DNA of 64,000 nucleotides, from contig OZ024747.1 of the NCBI GenBank assembly GCA_964016885.1, positions 2,542,001 through 2,606,000 of the forward strand. The letters are read 5' to 3'. The notes below the pieces were generated by a model. The model was given only the letters and a program-made list of their open reading frames with translations. It made no database searches and had not been told where the DNA came from. The DNA is from Eledone cirrhosa (lineage: Eukaryota). How positions within the stretch are numbered: position 1 is the stretch's first letter; each line of letters opens with the position of its first letter. The position numbers and the translations under genes are program-made. Of this stretch, positions 26,600 through 40,275 are shown piece after piece.

Positions 26600-27354
26600 A
26601 TAGTCTAAATATGTTTATATGTATGTAATTGTGTGCCTCTGTATGTGTTTATATGTATGTAAATTTACAAACATACATACACACATATATGACTGGTTGT
26701 TCATTGATTCGATAATGAAGGGGTTTCTCTCCATCAGACATCTAAATTACATCTCCTGTGAGTGAACAGATGAGATATAAATCCAATATGTGAAAATCCG
26801 ATCCAGGGACGATTTGGATATGGATGAAAAGCCTTATTGTTACAGTTGGATTACCAAATGTGATAATGGTGTTTGGCTGCTCTCTGATTATCTTGTTGCT
26901 TAGTGTGTTGAGCTTCACACCTTTTCACACCTGCTGATCCACTGTGAATCCCAGAAGATCCTTGGCAGGAATTGATCAGTCAGTTAGGATGTACTTCAGG
27001 TATTCTTGCGAACATTCCCTGAGGCCCCTACACTGATGAGAATCCTCATTTAATTGTTTGCTTTGGTATCGTTTTCCTGCATATTTCATCCTTGTTTCAA
27101 CTTAATAACTGACTTCTTTATTTAAGGCAGTTTCTGTCACTATCACCATCATCTTTCTTGCTTAGATTAGGCAAGTACTCTACAGCTGACCATTTTACCA
27201 GAAGTCATTGACCTTTTGGCACCTTTATGAGTTTCAGCCTTGGGATCAACCATCCCCACTTCCTCCTATGTCTGTTACAGCACTCTTCTATAGGCCCCGC
27301 CATGCTCTTGATGTACTTAACACTTCTTAATAAAACTACCATCTTACAACTAGT

Positions 27355-27485
27355 GGAGGCTCGACTTACGATCATAATGAAATGGGTTCAATTCCTGGAC
27401 TGGGTTGTGTGTTGTGTTGTTGAGCAAAACACTTCATTTCATGTTGCTCCAGTATATCGAGCTGACAATGAGTACCAGTAATAGC
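27355..27485 (+). mobile_element. SINE B, partial
   Basis: gggttcaattcc B box, ttgagcaaaacacttcatttcatgttgctccag core. Confidence 0.65.
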
Positions 27486-28310
27486 TGGAGGTTTAACCCC
27501 ACCATGAACTGACATCCTGTTTAGTGAGGAGTCTTGTACTTTCAGTCACTTAATACCATGGATATTGGGATAAGCCTGATGAACCTCAAGACTAGAGACA
27601 CACTTAACACCTAGATCCTCCAATTCCTTATCTTCTTTCATCTACTCTACTTACTTCTTCCAATACAAAGCTCATTCAGACTTTTATAAAAGAAATCTCA
27701 AAGGTCTCGTACTTCCATCAATCAAGTTCTGAAAAGATAAAACTAAATAAAATATGAAATAAACAGTTGCTTAAATATTTCAGTAATTCAAAGTTTTCCA
27801 TCTAATAATTGTAAAATAGAAATCTCATTTGTCTTCTAATTTGATAATTTGAAATATCAAATTCATTCTGGTTTCACTAACCATCATATACAATTATTTC
27901 AATAGTTCTTCTATATTAGATTTGAAATTAATTTGGAGAGAAAAAACAAAAAGAAAATCTATAACTTAACAATAGGGACCATCAATATAATTCTACATCT
28001 GTAAAATATATACAGAGAGAGAATATTAAAATATCTATAAAAATACTGAAACATTAATGAGAGACAAAAGAATTCAAAGCAGAAAGGAGAAGAATGATAT
28101 TTTGGTCTCTACAATCAACACATGACACTCATACACACTCATGTATATACATGTGTGTGTATATATATACACAGATATTTTATATATATACAGATGGTCA
28201 ACTGAATATGCATGTGTAGTTTTATTTTCTCTGTAACTTTTTTCTCATTTTTCCCCATTTCTTCCTCTTATAACTCTTTATTTTCTATTTTTCTTCTATT
28301 TCTAACTCTA

Positions 28311-28346
28311 TCTTCTGATGAAAGACTAGTGTCTGAAACGTTAAGA
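28311..28346 (+). ncRNA. Minimal type I hammerhead candidate in a solo pLTR-like sequence
   Basis: tctt-CTGATGA-a-agac(tagt)gtct-GAAA-cg-TT-aaga; palindromic AACGTT at stem III. Confidence 0.55.
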
Positions 28347-28414
28347 CTCTCTCCCTGTTAAGTCAAGCGTTAAACTAATATATTTCTTCCATGTACTGTG
28401 CCATTGGTTTAGTT

Positions 28415-28742
28415 CATCATCATCATCATCACCGTTCTTCCACGCAAGCATGAGTTAGACGGGTTGTGCTGTTGCGGGCAGTATCCAATCGGCTGACCTT
28501 GTCTTGCTCATACGGGAACTGATTCTGGCTTGATTTCTACAGCTGGATGCCCTTCCTAACACCAACCCCATTTACAGTGAGTACTGGGTGCTTTTTCTTT
28601 TCCGTGGCACCTACACGTCCACTTTACAGTGTGGGCTGGGTGCATTTTTGCCATGGCACCTCCACAACCACTTTGCAGTGGAAGGGGGTGGGGACATATT
28701 GTCTATATGCTTCGGCTTGTACCCATGGGAAGTCGGGTCTCT
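28415..28742 (-). mobile_element. RTE-type LINE 3' end
   Basis: Homologous to 45089-45425. Confidence 0.85.
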
Positions 28743-28757
28743 GTTTACCTTTTACAT

Positions 28758-28792
<35 letters not shown>

Positions 28793-28802
<10 letters not shown>

Positions 28803-29090
28803 GAAGAACAAAATGATATTTCACATTGAGCTTTTTATTGATTAGGTTCAGTTCCACAGATGAGTGGCTCAGGATCTATATTAGTGTTATAGATCCAACT
28901 CCAGCCCCATTGTGCTCATCAGACTTGTTAATCAAGCAAAACCAGAATCTCATCTGTGAAACTTTCATGACTGAGCCTAATCAATAAAAACCTCAATTTG
29001 AAACATCTTTTTGTTCTTCTTAATATATAGACTCTGCTATAGCGTAGAGTGCTGATATTGGTACCTTCATCAGAAAACCACAAATCCACT
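28793..29090. mobile_element. Diverged inverted pLTR-like pair with a one-sided tail
   Basis: 28793-28863 pairs with 28949-29028; internal hairpin ggatctata/tatagatcc; CTGATGA on the minus strand at ~28916-28922. Confidence 0.55.
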
Positions 29091-29900
29091 GAATCACCTT
29101 ATCTTTCTCTCTCTCTCTCCCTCCCTCCCCTCCCTCTCTCTCTCTCTCTATATATATATATATTCTCTACTAGAGCAGGAATTAACTTTATGGGTCCCGT
29201 GAAATGTTTTATATTAATCATAGGGTGCTTTTTGAGGCGATGTATAATGGTAAAATATTTTCCTGATTTTAACATTTTTAGCCACCTCTTCTGACTCTCA
29301 AGGATATGGTGTACCTATTGTAAACTGGATACATACAGCTGCTAATGAAACAAGTGGGCAAAACTTTGAAGATTGGTTGTCTGAAGAATATAACATTGTA
29401 GATAAGAGTAATACAATTATTTATGAGGAGTTAGGTTTCAGGATAACTTGAAATGTAAAAAGGAATTTTGACAGTAAATACCAGTCACTCCTTAAAAAAG
29501 AAAAAAATGTTGAAAATTGCAAAGAATATGTATCCCAATAGCCAACGATCGAACATTTCTGTCCATAAAAATTATATAAAATTTTGGTTGGACTTTCCCA
29601 TTTAGTAGTTGCAAATATTCGTATACCACATACTATATTGTTTATTATAGAAAATTGCTAAGTGGTTGTAAGTTTATTAAAGCTTTTGTTAAATGTGTAC
29701 CATGTTTATTTTATGACTTTTATCATAAAGATGCTCTCATAAAATATATGAGTTAGCAATAAGTGGTGCGTGTATACATCGATCATGTTAGTGTTAAGAC
29801 AGAGTTAAGAAAATGTTAACATAGAAAATAAAACTCAAAAGCACTTAAATCCTGTGACATTTTTCTATTTGTCTTGATGAAACCAGTGAAATTAGCTGTT

Positions 29901-30078
29901 CAGTATCGGTAGAGGGTCGGACGCCATGCTTTGACGCATAGAGTTACGGCCCTTGCCATTCTGAGTTCAAATCCTGCCGAGGTTAACTTTGCCTTTCATC
30001 CTTACGGGGTCGATAAAATAAAGTACCAGTAATGTACTGGGATAATTGCTGGCCTTGTGCCAAAAGTAGAAACAATTA
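29901..30078 (+). mobile_element. SINE A
   Basis: High identity to other SINE A copies. Confidence 0.9.
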
Positions 30079-32228
30079 TATAGTATGTTCATGGAGATTC
30101 TATTCAGGAAAAGTTGATTAAGCTAGAGAATTTGCCTCAAAACACATAAATAAGGCATAAGTGACTGGGTTGTTAAAATATTCCAGGAAGGGTAAAATAG
30201 ATTTGTAAAATTAGGTATAGTTATGACTGATGATACTCATAAAATGTTCGGTAGCACTCTAACAACAGAGTTATTAAACAAATAAAACTTCAACATTAGA
30301 GGCTAAAAGTTTTGCTGCTGTTATCTCACAGCATACAAAATTATCAAAACTCACAAACATCTATGTTAGTAAACCTCAGCAACCAAGCCACAATTGAATC
30401 AAAGTGGTTTACTCAAATTTTGAATTTCATTTAAGGCTGTTTTTTTAATGTGACAATCATTGTGTAACCTAAGTAGTAACAACTGTTATTTAAGAGTTAG
30501 ATTTACTAAGCCAGCTACTTCTACCAAGTCAAATAGCTTTGTAGTGGTACCCTTATTAATTTGTAGTATTGCTACTATTCTTGTCAGACCAACCAGACTT
30601 ATGATCAATAACCACTATTTCTATATCAGTGTGTCTGTGTATATAAGACCTCATTGTCCAATGTATCTTTATTTAAGAGATTAGAGTGCTATTAAGGACA
30701 ATTTCATTTCTATTTCTAGCAGGTTATACAACCAGGTAGAACTTCCTTCACTAGTTTGTGATAATATTATTAGTATCAGTGGTAATGACAACATGGGCTG
30801 CCCCAGATACATTCATGGGCTGCCCCAGATACACTCTATATTTGTTTAGAAGATGGGTAGTACGAATGAAAGTAAGAAACAAGAGAGAAGTTTGCTTTTA
30901 AATTTTTATTGGATTCAGAAATACTGTAATACTCTGGTGCTTACTAAGCAAAATTAATATCAACGCAAATCAATAAAGCAGGTAGCAAATGGTATGACTA
31001 ACTTTAGATAAACATCTACACTGTATTACTAAACGCTGTTCAAAGCTGCTATAAGACTAACATTAAGTAAATATTGATGCATAGAACTTAATAAATTAAA
31101 TAGCAGCCATAGAACAAATATTTGAATTTTGAGGTTTACAAAAGAGCTGAGACTGTCAGAAGTTGTAATGAGTTTTAAAGCTAAAATTGACGGAAATATT
31201 GTAAATGATTTTTGTCTTTTTTTTTGCCACTTCTTTTCATTTTGTTACAATATCTCTGAGAAAGGTATCTAATTGATGGCTAGTCGATATGGTATTAGCT
31301 ACATACAGATCATGAGTTTGTGTCTTGTCAATGACATTGTGCTCCAGCATTAAGTAAAGCTCTTAGCTCTAATTACCTCAGCTTGGAGAGATTTTGGTTG
31401 CTGTCAAAAGAAATCTTCATTAATGGTTCTCCAGTCATCTAAAACAAAATATAATGCCAGGAAATGTTACTAAGATAATAATCTCAGTCGTTTAATGCCA
31501 AGAGTAAGAGATACAATACAACACATGTGACATTAGATATGGTTAGAAAATAGTCTTTTATTTAAGGAGTAACTTTGGTTTGGGGCTTCGGTTTGATAGA
31601 TGTTAATGTTTCCAGTTTTAACAACCATAACTTGGTTCAAAATTGTTATATTTGGGGAGAGTCATGTTGTCCTAATATTGCCAAAATATAGTAAAATACA
31701 CTCACTGTTTGGTTTGGTTTTGGCTTCAGTATATTTTTATATTTTTATAAATAATTTAGCTGGCAATCAATGTTTATCATTGATTGACCAACAGTTAAAA
31801 ATATAAATATAATTCCTCTTTCATCACATATTTTTCTGTGACATCTTCAGTGATTCATATTATTTTCTTTAAAAGAATTTCCACATATAAGGTATGCAGA
31901 ATTAATTGAAATCGCTATGATAGCTAAGAAACTATTCTATGCCTGTCTTTTAAATACTAACTTACTGATTAGATAACTATTTATGGCAGAAGACAAATGG
32001 CATTGTTAAGTTGTTGTTTAACCACAAGGCAGCTCACAATAAAAGTATTCCAAACTAGACCATCTTGTTTGATTTTAGTATATCTCGGAGTATGTTGTCT
32101 AATGTTTTCTTAAATTTTTTAAGATTATAAAGAGTGATGGGAGGGCAATTTAGCTACTATTTTTAAAAGATTGATTAACCACACAGAAGGTCTTTCATTG
32201 GTGTGTACAGATTATGAACTGTTATTGT

Positions 32229-32415
32229 TGGATTGGCAGTATCGTTAGAGGGTCGGACGCCATGCTTTCCAGCATAGTTACGTCCCTTTACGATCTGAGT
32301 TCAAATCCCGCTGAGGTTGACTTTGCCTTTCATCCTTACGGGGTCGATAAAATAAAGTACCAGTAATGAACTTTGTAATTGCTGGCCTTGTGCCTAAAGT
32401 AGAAACAGTTATTGT
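32229..32415 (+). mobile_element. SINE A
   Basis: High identity to other SINE A copies. Confidence 0.9.
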
Positions 32416-33399
32416 TATTTAGCAGTAGGTTAGCAATAATTGATCATATAAGTAAAGGTATTACAGCTACAGCCTGCTAAACCCATTATTGTTTAAGACA
32501 ATAAGGTGTGATTTGAAGGAGAATTGGTTGCTAGTTTTATGAATTTATAAAGAGGATCTCTCGGAAAACATAAATATTTACATAAAGTGAAACTCTAGTT
32601 GTTGACTGGATTTATTTCTATGCCAGAGAGTGCCAGAGAGAGAGAGATGGGGAGGGAGAGAGAGATGTGGGAGGGAGAGAAACAATAAGATAGACAGAGA
32701 CCGACTAGTATTAAAGCAATATGAAACAAGATCTCTACAATCCCATGTTTGTATTACTAATAAATAAGAACTTAAATAATGGAAAGCAGCAAGGTGCTGT
32801 AAAGATATTAAACTATCTTCAAGTTTCTAGAAGAATCTAAGCTTTCTCATTAAGCTCGTATACGTTTGGAGATAATGTTGTTGTATTATGCAACATACTT
32901 CAAACTATCTTGCACATGGCACAGCCATAAGACCTTTCCAAGCAAAGTTGTTAATTTCCTTGACTAATCGTAACATCAAAGCTAATAGATATAGCATGTA
33001 CATTACTGGATAGCTGTGAGCTCAAAGCTTGCACCTTTCAGCTATCAGAAAATGGTGCTAATGATTGCATTGTAGCTATAGTCATCAGATGTTAATTGAA
33101 AATGGAAGACTAGCTGACATTTTAGTTCCTATACATGTACAACCATTATATTACCAACTTATTATTATAAGTTTATGCAAAAATGAGATAATCAATTCAC
33201 ATAGACATATATCAGACACATACATAAATGTGTACATATACATATATATATCTATGTGTGTGCATGCTTGTATATATTTATATATGTTTGTATATAGTTA
33301 TATATATCATCATCACCGTTTAACATCAATTTTTCCATGCTGGCATGGGTTAGACATATATATATATATACATATATATACATACAAATATATATATAT

Positions 33400-34416
33400 A
33401 TCATCATTATCATCATCATCGTTTAACTTCTATCTTCCACGCTAGCATGGGTTTAGACGGGAATTGTCCCACTTGAGGCAAGATTGGTCGTCTCGCTCAT
33501 ATAGCGATGCCCTTCCTAACACCAACCACATTTACAGTGTGGACTGGGAGGTTTTTACCGTGTTACCTACATGGCCACATTACAGCGTGGACTGTGTGTT
33601 TTTTTTGTTGTGACACCTACACGACCTCATTTATTTAGGACTGGATGTTGTGGCACCAACATAACTTTACAGAGAAAGGGGTGGTGTTGATGGGGGAAGG
33701 GGAGTTGGGGTAGTGGGATGGGGGTGTATATTTGATTAAGAGGTGCCTACTGACTATAGGTTTCGCTTTGTACTTAGGCAAGGTGGCTTTTCTGTATTAC
33801 TGCATAGCGCCAAAGATCTTGGTCCAGTGACATTGTAAGTGTGTAAGGTCGGAATTTATCAAATCGTCCCAGGTTTTCTGGGTCTGCCTACTCTGTAACT
33901 TCGGTCAATTTTGATCGCCCTGCAATTTTTTATACAGCTGTCGTCTTTCATGCGCATCACGTGACCATACCAACGTAGTCTTCTCTCGAGTAAACAGCAT
34001 CTGATCCCTCTTATACCTAATTTCTCACTTAGTTCATTTATGCTTTGCTGTTCACGTATATTACTATTACACATCCAGTGGAGAATGCAAGCTTCGTTCC
34101 TCCCCAGTCTGTGAAAATCCTCTGCACACAATGCCCATGTCTCACTGCCATGTAACATTGTTGTTCGTATACAGGCATCATACAGCCTGCGTTTCATTTT
34201 TAGAGAGAAACCTTTAGCGGCCAACAGTGGTATAAGCTCTCTGAACTTTTTCTATCCCGTTCTGACTCTGGCTACTGTACTTTCAGAGCACCTTCCACCA
34301 CTGCTGATTTTGTCACCCAGGTAACGGAAGGTGTCCACTATTTCTATAGAGTCATCTGGGCAATAGAAGGAGCTAGTATCCTGAGCTAGTATCCTTGCTA
34401 CTTATTGCACCTGAGC
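33400..34416 (-). mobile_element. 5'-truncated RTE-type LINE (ORF C-terminus plus 3' UTR)
   Basis: [20 protein letters not shown]...[12 protein letters not shown]...GRPRK; same subfamily as the 10.7-kb copy. Confidence 0.9.
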
Positions 34417-34611
34417 AAATGGTAAACAAATAACAAAACAAACAACACAGTACAATGAAGAAATACATTAATTTTATGCATGATATAGTAAGAAAGGAGA
34501 GTATATATGTATATGACTATTGTATTTGTCTCAACATATTTTCAGTGTAAAAGAAGACATGGTCCAGGTTACAGTTAATCATTTGAGAGAAGATATATTA
34601 TAGTAATATAA

Positions 34612-34700
34612 CAAAGTATAACAATATCGGATTCAACACACGTTTTCAGATAAAGAATCTTGCTAAACAAATTCAGAAACGAAGTAATATTAATATTACA
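34612..34700 (+). mobile_element. Penelope-like fragment (pLTR end / ORF start)
   Basis: caaagtataacaatatcggattcaacacacg...cagaaacgaa is near-identical to 22129-22200. Confidence 0.7.
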
Positions 34701-35419
34701 GTAATAAAGTAACCAAAATAACTTATTAAATGTAATTAATATGATTAAAGGTGTTTCTTTGAAAATATATGAGTAGTGATATGGTAGTGAGATAGGAGGC
34801 TGAATTCTAGAAAATGTCAGGTATGTATAATAAATTGGTAAAAAATAAGTAATGGAATAAGGACAAAACATTTATAAAGGGTTTGTAAAGAATAACTAAA
34901 AAAAGTTTCTAAATTTGTGAAAAAATAAAAATTAAAAGAATAAGTTAATATGTAAATGAGTATAAACAAATAAATAAATAAAAATATTGTATCATGTGCA
35001 AATATGGTCAGCTAAGTGAGTGGATCTGGTGTCTGAGTCTTGATAATAGGTGATGTAACTAATACATTTAAACATAATTATCATTATCACTATTTAATGT
35101 CTATTTCCCCATGTTAGCATGGGTTAGACGAGTTAGCCTGTCGTGAGACATTCCAGGTCAAGTGACCATGTCTTGTTCATACAGAACTGTTTTCGGTTTG
35201 GTTTCTACCACCGGATGTCCTTCATAATGCCAACCAGAGATGTTGGACCATGATGTGTGTGAGAGGGAGTTTATTGCTGCAGCCTGGGTTGAAACAAACT
35301 GAGAAGAAGATTGCCACATGAGTCTTACATGTTAACTAGGTAGTGTCATAGCTAGACATTCAGGCATAGATATATAATGTGTAAAGTATAGACACCTCAG
35401 TAATCCTTGTGTTATCTGT

Positions 35420-35622
35420 CATGTGGCTTACTACACATGGAGCTTCCTGCACATGGGGCTTGTTGCACACATGGCTTGTCACACATGTGGCTTGCCATAC
35501 ATGTGGCTTTCCACACATGTTGCTTGCCACACATGTGCCTTGCCGCACACGTGGCTTGCTGCACATGTGGCTTGCCATACATGTGGCTTGCTGCCACGCA
35601 TGTGGCTTGCTGCACATGTGTG
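35420..35622. repeat. ~16-bp minisatellite (cacatgtggcttgcyr)
   Basis: About a dozen degenerate units. Confidence 0.85.
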
Positions 35623-35736
35623 AGTTCATCATTGCCTTGTCCTAGCCTCCTACTATGTATCTGTTGACACAGACTGTATATTGTGTGCAGCTAGTGAATG
35701 TAGTCATATGTCATGTGCACGGAATCACAGGTGCAA

Positions 35737-35937
35737 TGTGTGTATATATACCAGTGTGTATATACCTGTGTGTATATATACCAGTGTGTATATACCAGTG
35801 TATATGCCAGTGTGTATATACCAGTGTGTATATATACCAGTGTATATATACCAGTATGTATATACCAGTGTGTATATACCAGGGTGTATATACCAGTATG
35901 TATATACCTGTGTATATGCCAGGGTGTATATACCAGT
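35737..35937. repeat. 12-16-bp minisatellite (gtgtgtatatacca)
   Basis: Direct reading. Confidence 0.85.
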
Positions 35938-38740
35938 CCCAGAGTGTTTCCTCCTAGCTTAATGTATCTGCTAATAATTATATAATCATTCTATTATAGA
36001 TGATCTCACATATTTTCAAACTTGCAAGCTTTACAATTATTCCAAAAGATTTCTAAATGTAAATATACATATTTTATGTAAACATGTACACACTCATTCA
36101 CTTTCACACACACACAAACACACACTCATACACACACTCATACACGCACTCACACACACTCACACACACACACACTCACACACACACTCACACAGACACT
36201 CACACACACTCACACACTCACACACTCACACCCATACACACATTCTCAGACATTTACACATAATCACACTCACTCACAAACACATACACACAATCACTCA
36301 CACCCACATAGTACTCACAAACACACACGTATACACGTACACACAGACACTCACATATGCATACACTCACTCACGTATATACATACACGCACATACTTAT
36401 GGAAATAAATACTTTCATATATGCAAATGTTATTTTAATTCTTAAAATAGAAGTAATGTAATTCTAAATCTATCTAGAAGAGGGGAAATTAAACCAATTT
36501 AAAGAAAATTTTCAAGAGAAAGTTTTCTGACAGAAATGTTAGTCTTTCGTGTAAGCAATATAAAACAGGTTTATTGATTTTGTTAGCTGTTCTTGAGAAG
36601 ATTCTTTTGTGTGTGCATCTTTAAAATATAGTTGATTTGACCACAGCTTCAGGAGAATAGTTGAAATTTAGAAGTGGAGCTCAAGCAATGGATTCTTTGA
36701 GGTGGATGTAGCTACAACTAAGATGTTAGCAGCAGGAAATTCCTCATCCTCAGGAAATTTCTATTCTTAATATAAGGAAGCAGTATTAGTATGAATCAAT
36801 AAATATAGAAAAATAATGTTCTATTTAAATTATTTCCTTAAGTGTACCCGTTGTACAGATTTCTATCAGCAGTTGGAAAGTAAAGTTAATTTCATTTGTG
36901 GGATTTCTGAACCCAGCAACTTCATTATATATGAGAGTAGGGTGTCTAGGGTATAATGTAGACTGACAAATTCCAGTAAACTTTTAACATTTATCCTGAG
37001 TTCACTAGCTGGGACCAATAAAAGCATTAGAGCATTTCCCCTCTATTTAAAAATTACATGGCTCATTTATTAGCGATACATCATAGCTCATTTATTAGTG
37101 ATACATCATTGTAGCTGTAAAACATGAGCTAAAGACAGAGGGAAGGAAAGTACCAAGTAGGTAAAATCTAATTAGTATGATGGATTAATTATAAGAGATA
37201 TAAGTAGCAAAGGCAAAATGTTATAATAAAGAAACTAATGTAGTGGTACAGGTATGTGATAACAATGAAAGAAAGATGCTGAATTATAGATGAAATGCTG
37301 GCAGCAGCTAGTAACCAGGAGGAGGAAGGATTAATTAAGTGTTTCAAATACCTGGATATCAAAGGTAGGATTGTCAGCTAGTGAAACAATTATAGATGTA
37401 TGTGTGATAATGAGACAAGTATGCAGAAAGGTAGACAAAATGCCATGAAGTGACAGCAGTAAGAATTTATAGATGAAATTAACTGAGAAAGTTGTAGTCA
37501 ATCCTTATAACTAATGCTAGATTGGGGAGAATATATATCAGAAAGATATTCATGAATATATTATTGAAATTTGTGAACATCAGATTTAATGTAACTCAAT
37601 ATTTTTCTTTTTCCCTACACATAAAAAGAAAATTGAAAATAACATACATAAATAATTAATTACTATATTCATTGGAAAAAAGGTTTTTAGCTTCTGAAAA
37701 GTCTTAAGGCTAAGACTTAATCATTAGTCTTTTCTCTTGTTACATGCTTGAAAAATCCTACATGAGGAATGGACTTATTTTTATACTCAAGAGTTTCCTG
37801 CAGCTGTTTCTGACACAGCTTTATTAACAAAATTAGTTTCATCAAACCACTCTGAAAATGAAATCTTAGAAAGTATAATTTTTTTTTAACTTTAAAAAAA
37901 ATAGTAAAAATTTCATTTTTGCAAAACCAAGCTTACAATTTAAATTTTATCTTTCAATAATTTTAATTAAAATCTGTAACCATTATTTTGGTTTGTTAAT
38001 TTCTTTTTCTTTTCACTGATTTTAAATTAACATTCTTTTTAATAAAAAGAACAACCCACACTGCCATATACTCTGAAGCAAAAAAAATAAAGATCCTTTT
38101 CTACTTTGTAATTAAAACATTACACATGCTCATTACTCGGTGTATGTGTGGTTTTAATTTTAATTACCTATAAAGGGACAAAAGCATCACTTCATAAAGA
38201 ATAACAACTTAGAATAGGTTTTTTTATTTTTTGTAAAATTTAACCTGCAGATTATGGATTAAATTTTCCCCCAAAAATGTAATTGAGAAAAAAAATAATA
38301 AGGCACAACACTAAAAGTTGTCCTTAATTAAGGGTATTCATAAATGAAAACATCTAACTTCAAACAAATCAGTTATGGAGTTAAAGCATTTGATTAAAAA
38401 AGTAGTATAAGGCTACGTACAAATGAAATATGATCAGCAGGCCCATCTTCCTTTTTTGAAAAATATTCTAGTCCCTACACCATTATTATAAACATGCTGT
38501 TAAAGCATTAAACTGTTTCTTACTTTACAACTTGACTGAACAATTACAAACTGGCTTTCCAGCTAACTTAGATCATTACAAATATTAAGATGCATTAATC
38601 AATACACAGCAACACTATTATATTTAAATTTTACGTTTCTTCATTGAAACTATGCTAGCATGCTTTTTCTTTCATTTTAGTAATGTTAAAATAGAGATAA
38701 TTGCACTTGAAAATAAAATGTGCATGTAAAATACTATCCA

Positions 38741-39100
38741 TTTACAGAGTGTACTGGGTGTAGTTTATCGTGAAAACACTGGTGTAATCATAAAATACAC
38801 CCAGTACATTCTGTAAAGCAGTAGTGTTGGTGCCATGATAAAGTGCACCTACTAATCCATAAAATAGAAGAGCTGGTACCATGACAAAATGCACACTATA
38901 CACTCTGTAAAGTGGTAATGCTGATGCCATGATAACCTGTATTCAGTACATTCTGTAAAATGGTTGGCATTTGGAAGGGCATCCAGCTGCAGACACACAG
39001 CCAAAAATGAAGCATATCAGCAAAATGTGGCTCTCTATCCTATCTTGTCTTGGGCCCTTGACAACCTGTCCAACCCATGCCAGCATAGAAAACAAATGTA
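38741..39100 (+). mobile_element. Degenerate RTE 3' UTR with several copies of the ~48-bp subrepeat
   Basis: ggaagggcatccag...aacccatgccagcat; repeated cattctgtaaa/cactctgtaaa units. Confidence 0.7.
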
Positions 39101-39879
39101 AAATATGATCATATATATATATGTGTGTGCATGTATTTCTGTAAAACAACCTGCTGAAGGCTACAGACTAGACCTATGGTTAGGTCAAGATCTCAGTATC
39201 ACAGAAGGGGATATTCTGGTAGAATAGTATTGTAGATAAAACCATAATGACTAAGAGATAGTTTTGACATGACTGGAAGAATAGAGGAAACAGAGAGTTG
39301 TAACAGAAATGTAGAAGAAAGGCTTGGAAGCAAGTATATTTAACTAGAAGTGAAGCAAAATCTAACAGATTTGCACATATTCTGCAATGTGAGGATCAGA
39401 GACATTAAGGGTTCATTTCTGTGGATCGACTGGAGAGCATCCATGGATAAGGAACACTATCAAAAACCTTCTGGTAATCAATCCTGGCTATACTGAAGTT
39501 TAACACCTTTTACAATCTATGATAATGGGCCAATTTACCAGCAGCTGGTCTTACCTTTCTCACAAGCATTTTTCTTCTTCTGGTAGCTAATGTCATCATT
39601 ATTATTATGTTTCTGCTGATGTAATACAGGTGTAATACAGGTGTCCACAACCAGCAGATTGAGGTGGTACCGTCAATTGTTAAGCATTTTTCAAAGTATT
39701 CTAGCAGTTCCAATGAGAGTTGTTATGTGTAGGGGCCCCACCATAAGGTTGGCTCCAATGTTTTTAAATAATCTTCAATTTTGGTGCTCATAATTCCAAC
39801 CAGGACCATCTCAACATTTTTCATTGCCCACATGTTTTATCTCCCATGCTATCTCTCATGTTATTATTATTATTATAAG

Positions 39880-40275
39880 AGCAGTATCGGTAGAGCATCA
39901 GACAACATGCTCATGGCATTGAGTTATGGTCCTTTATGTTATGAGTTCAAATCCCACCGAGGTTAGCTTTACCTTTTATCCTAACGGGGACGATAATATA
40001 AAGTACCAGTAATGCATTGGGGTCAATTTAATCGACTTTACCCTCCCTCAGAATTGCTGGCCTTGTGCCTATAGTAGAAGCCATTGTGAATTGGCAGTAT
40101 CGGTAGAGGGTCGGACGCCATGCTTTGCAGCAAAGAGTTACGGCCCTTTATGGTCTAAGTTCAAATCCCGCTGAGGTTAACTTTGCCTTTCATCCTTACG
40201 GAGTCGATAAAATAAAGTACCAGTAATACACTGAGGTAATTGCTGGCCTTGTGCCAAAAAGTAGAAACAATTATT
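39880..40275 (+). mobile_element. Two tandem SINE A copies (39880-40084, 40088-40275)
   Basis: Two heads, cores and tails in head-to-tail order. Confidence 0.9.
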
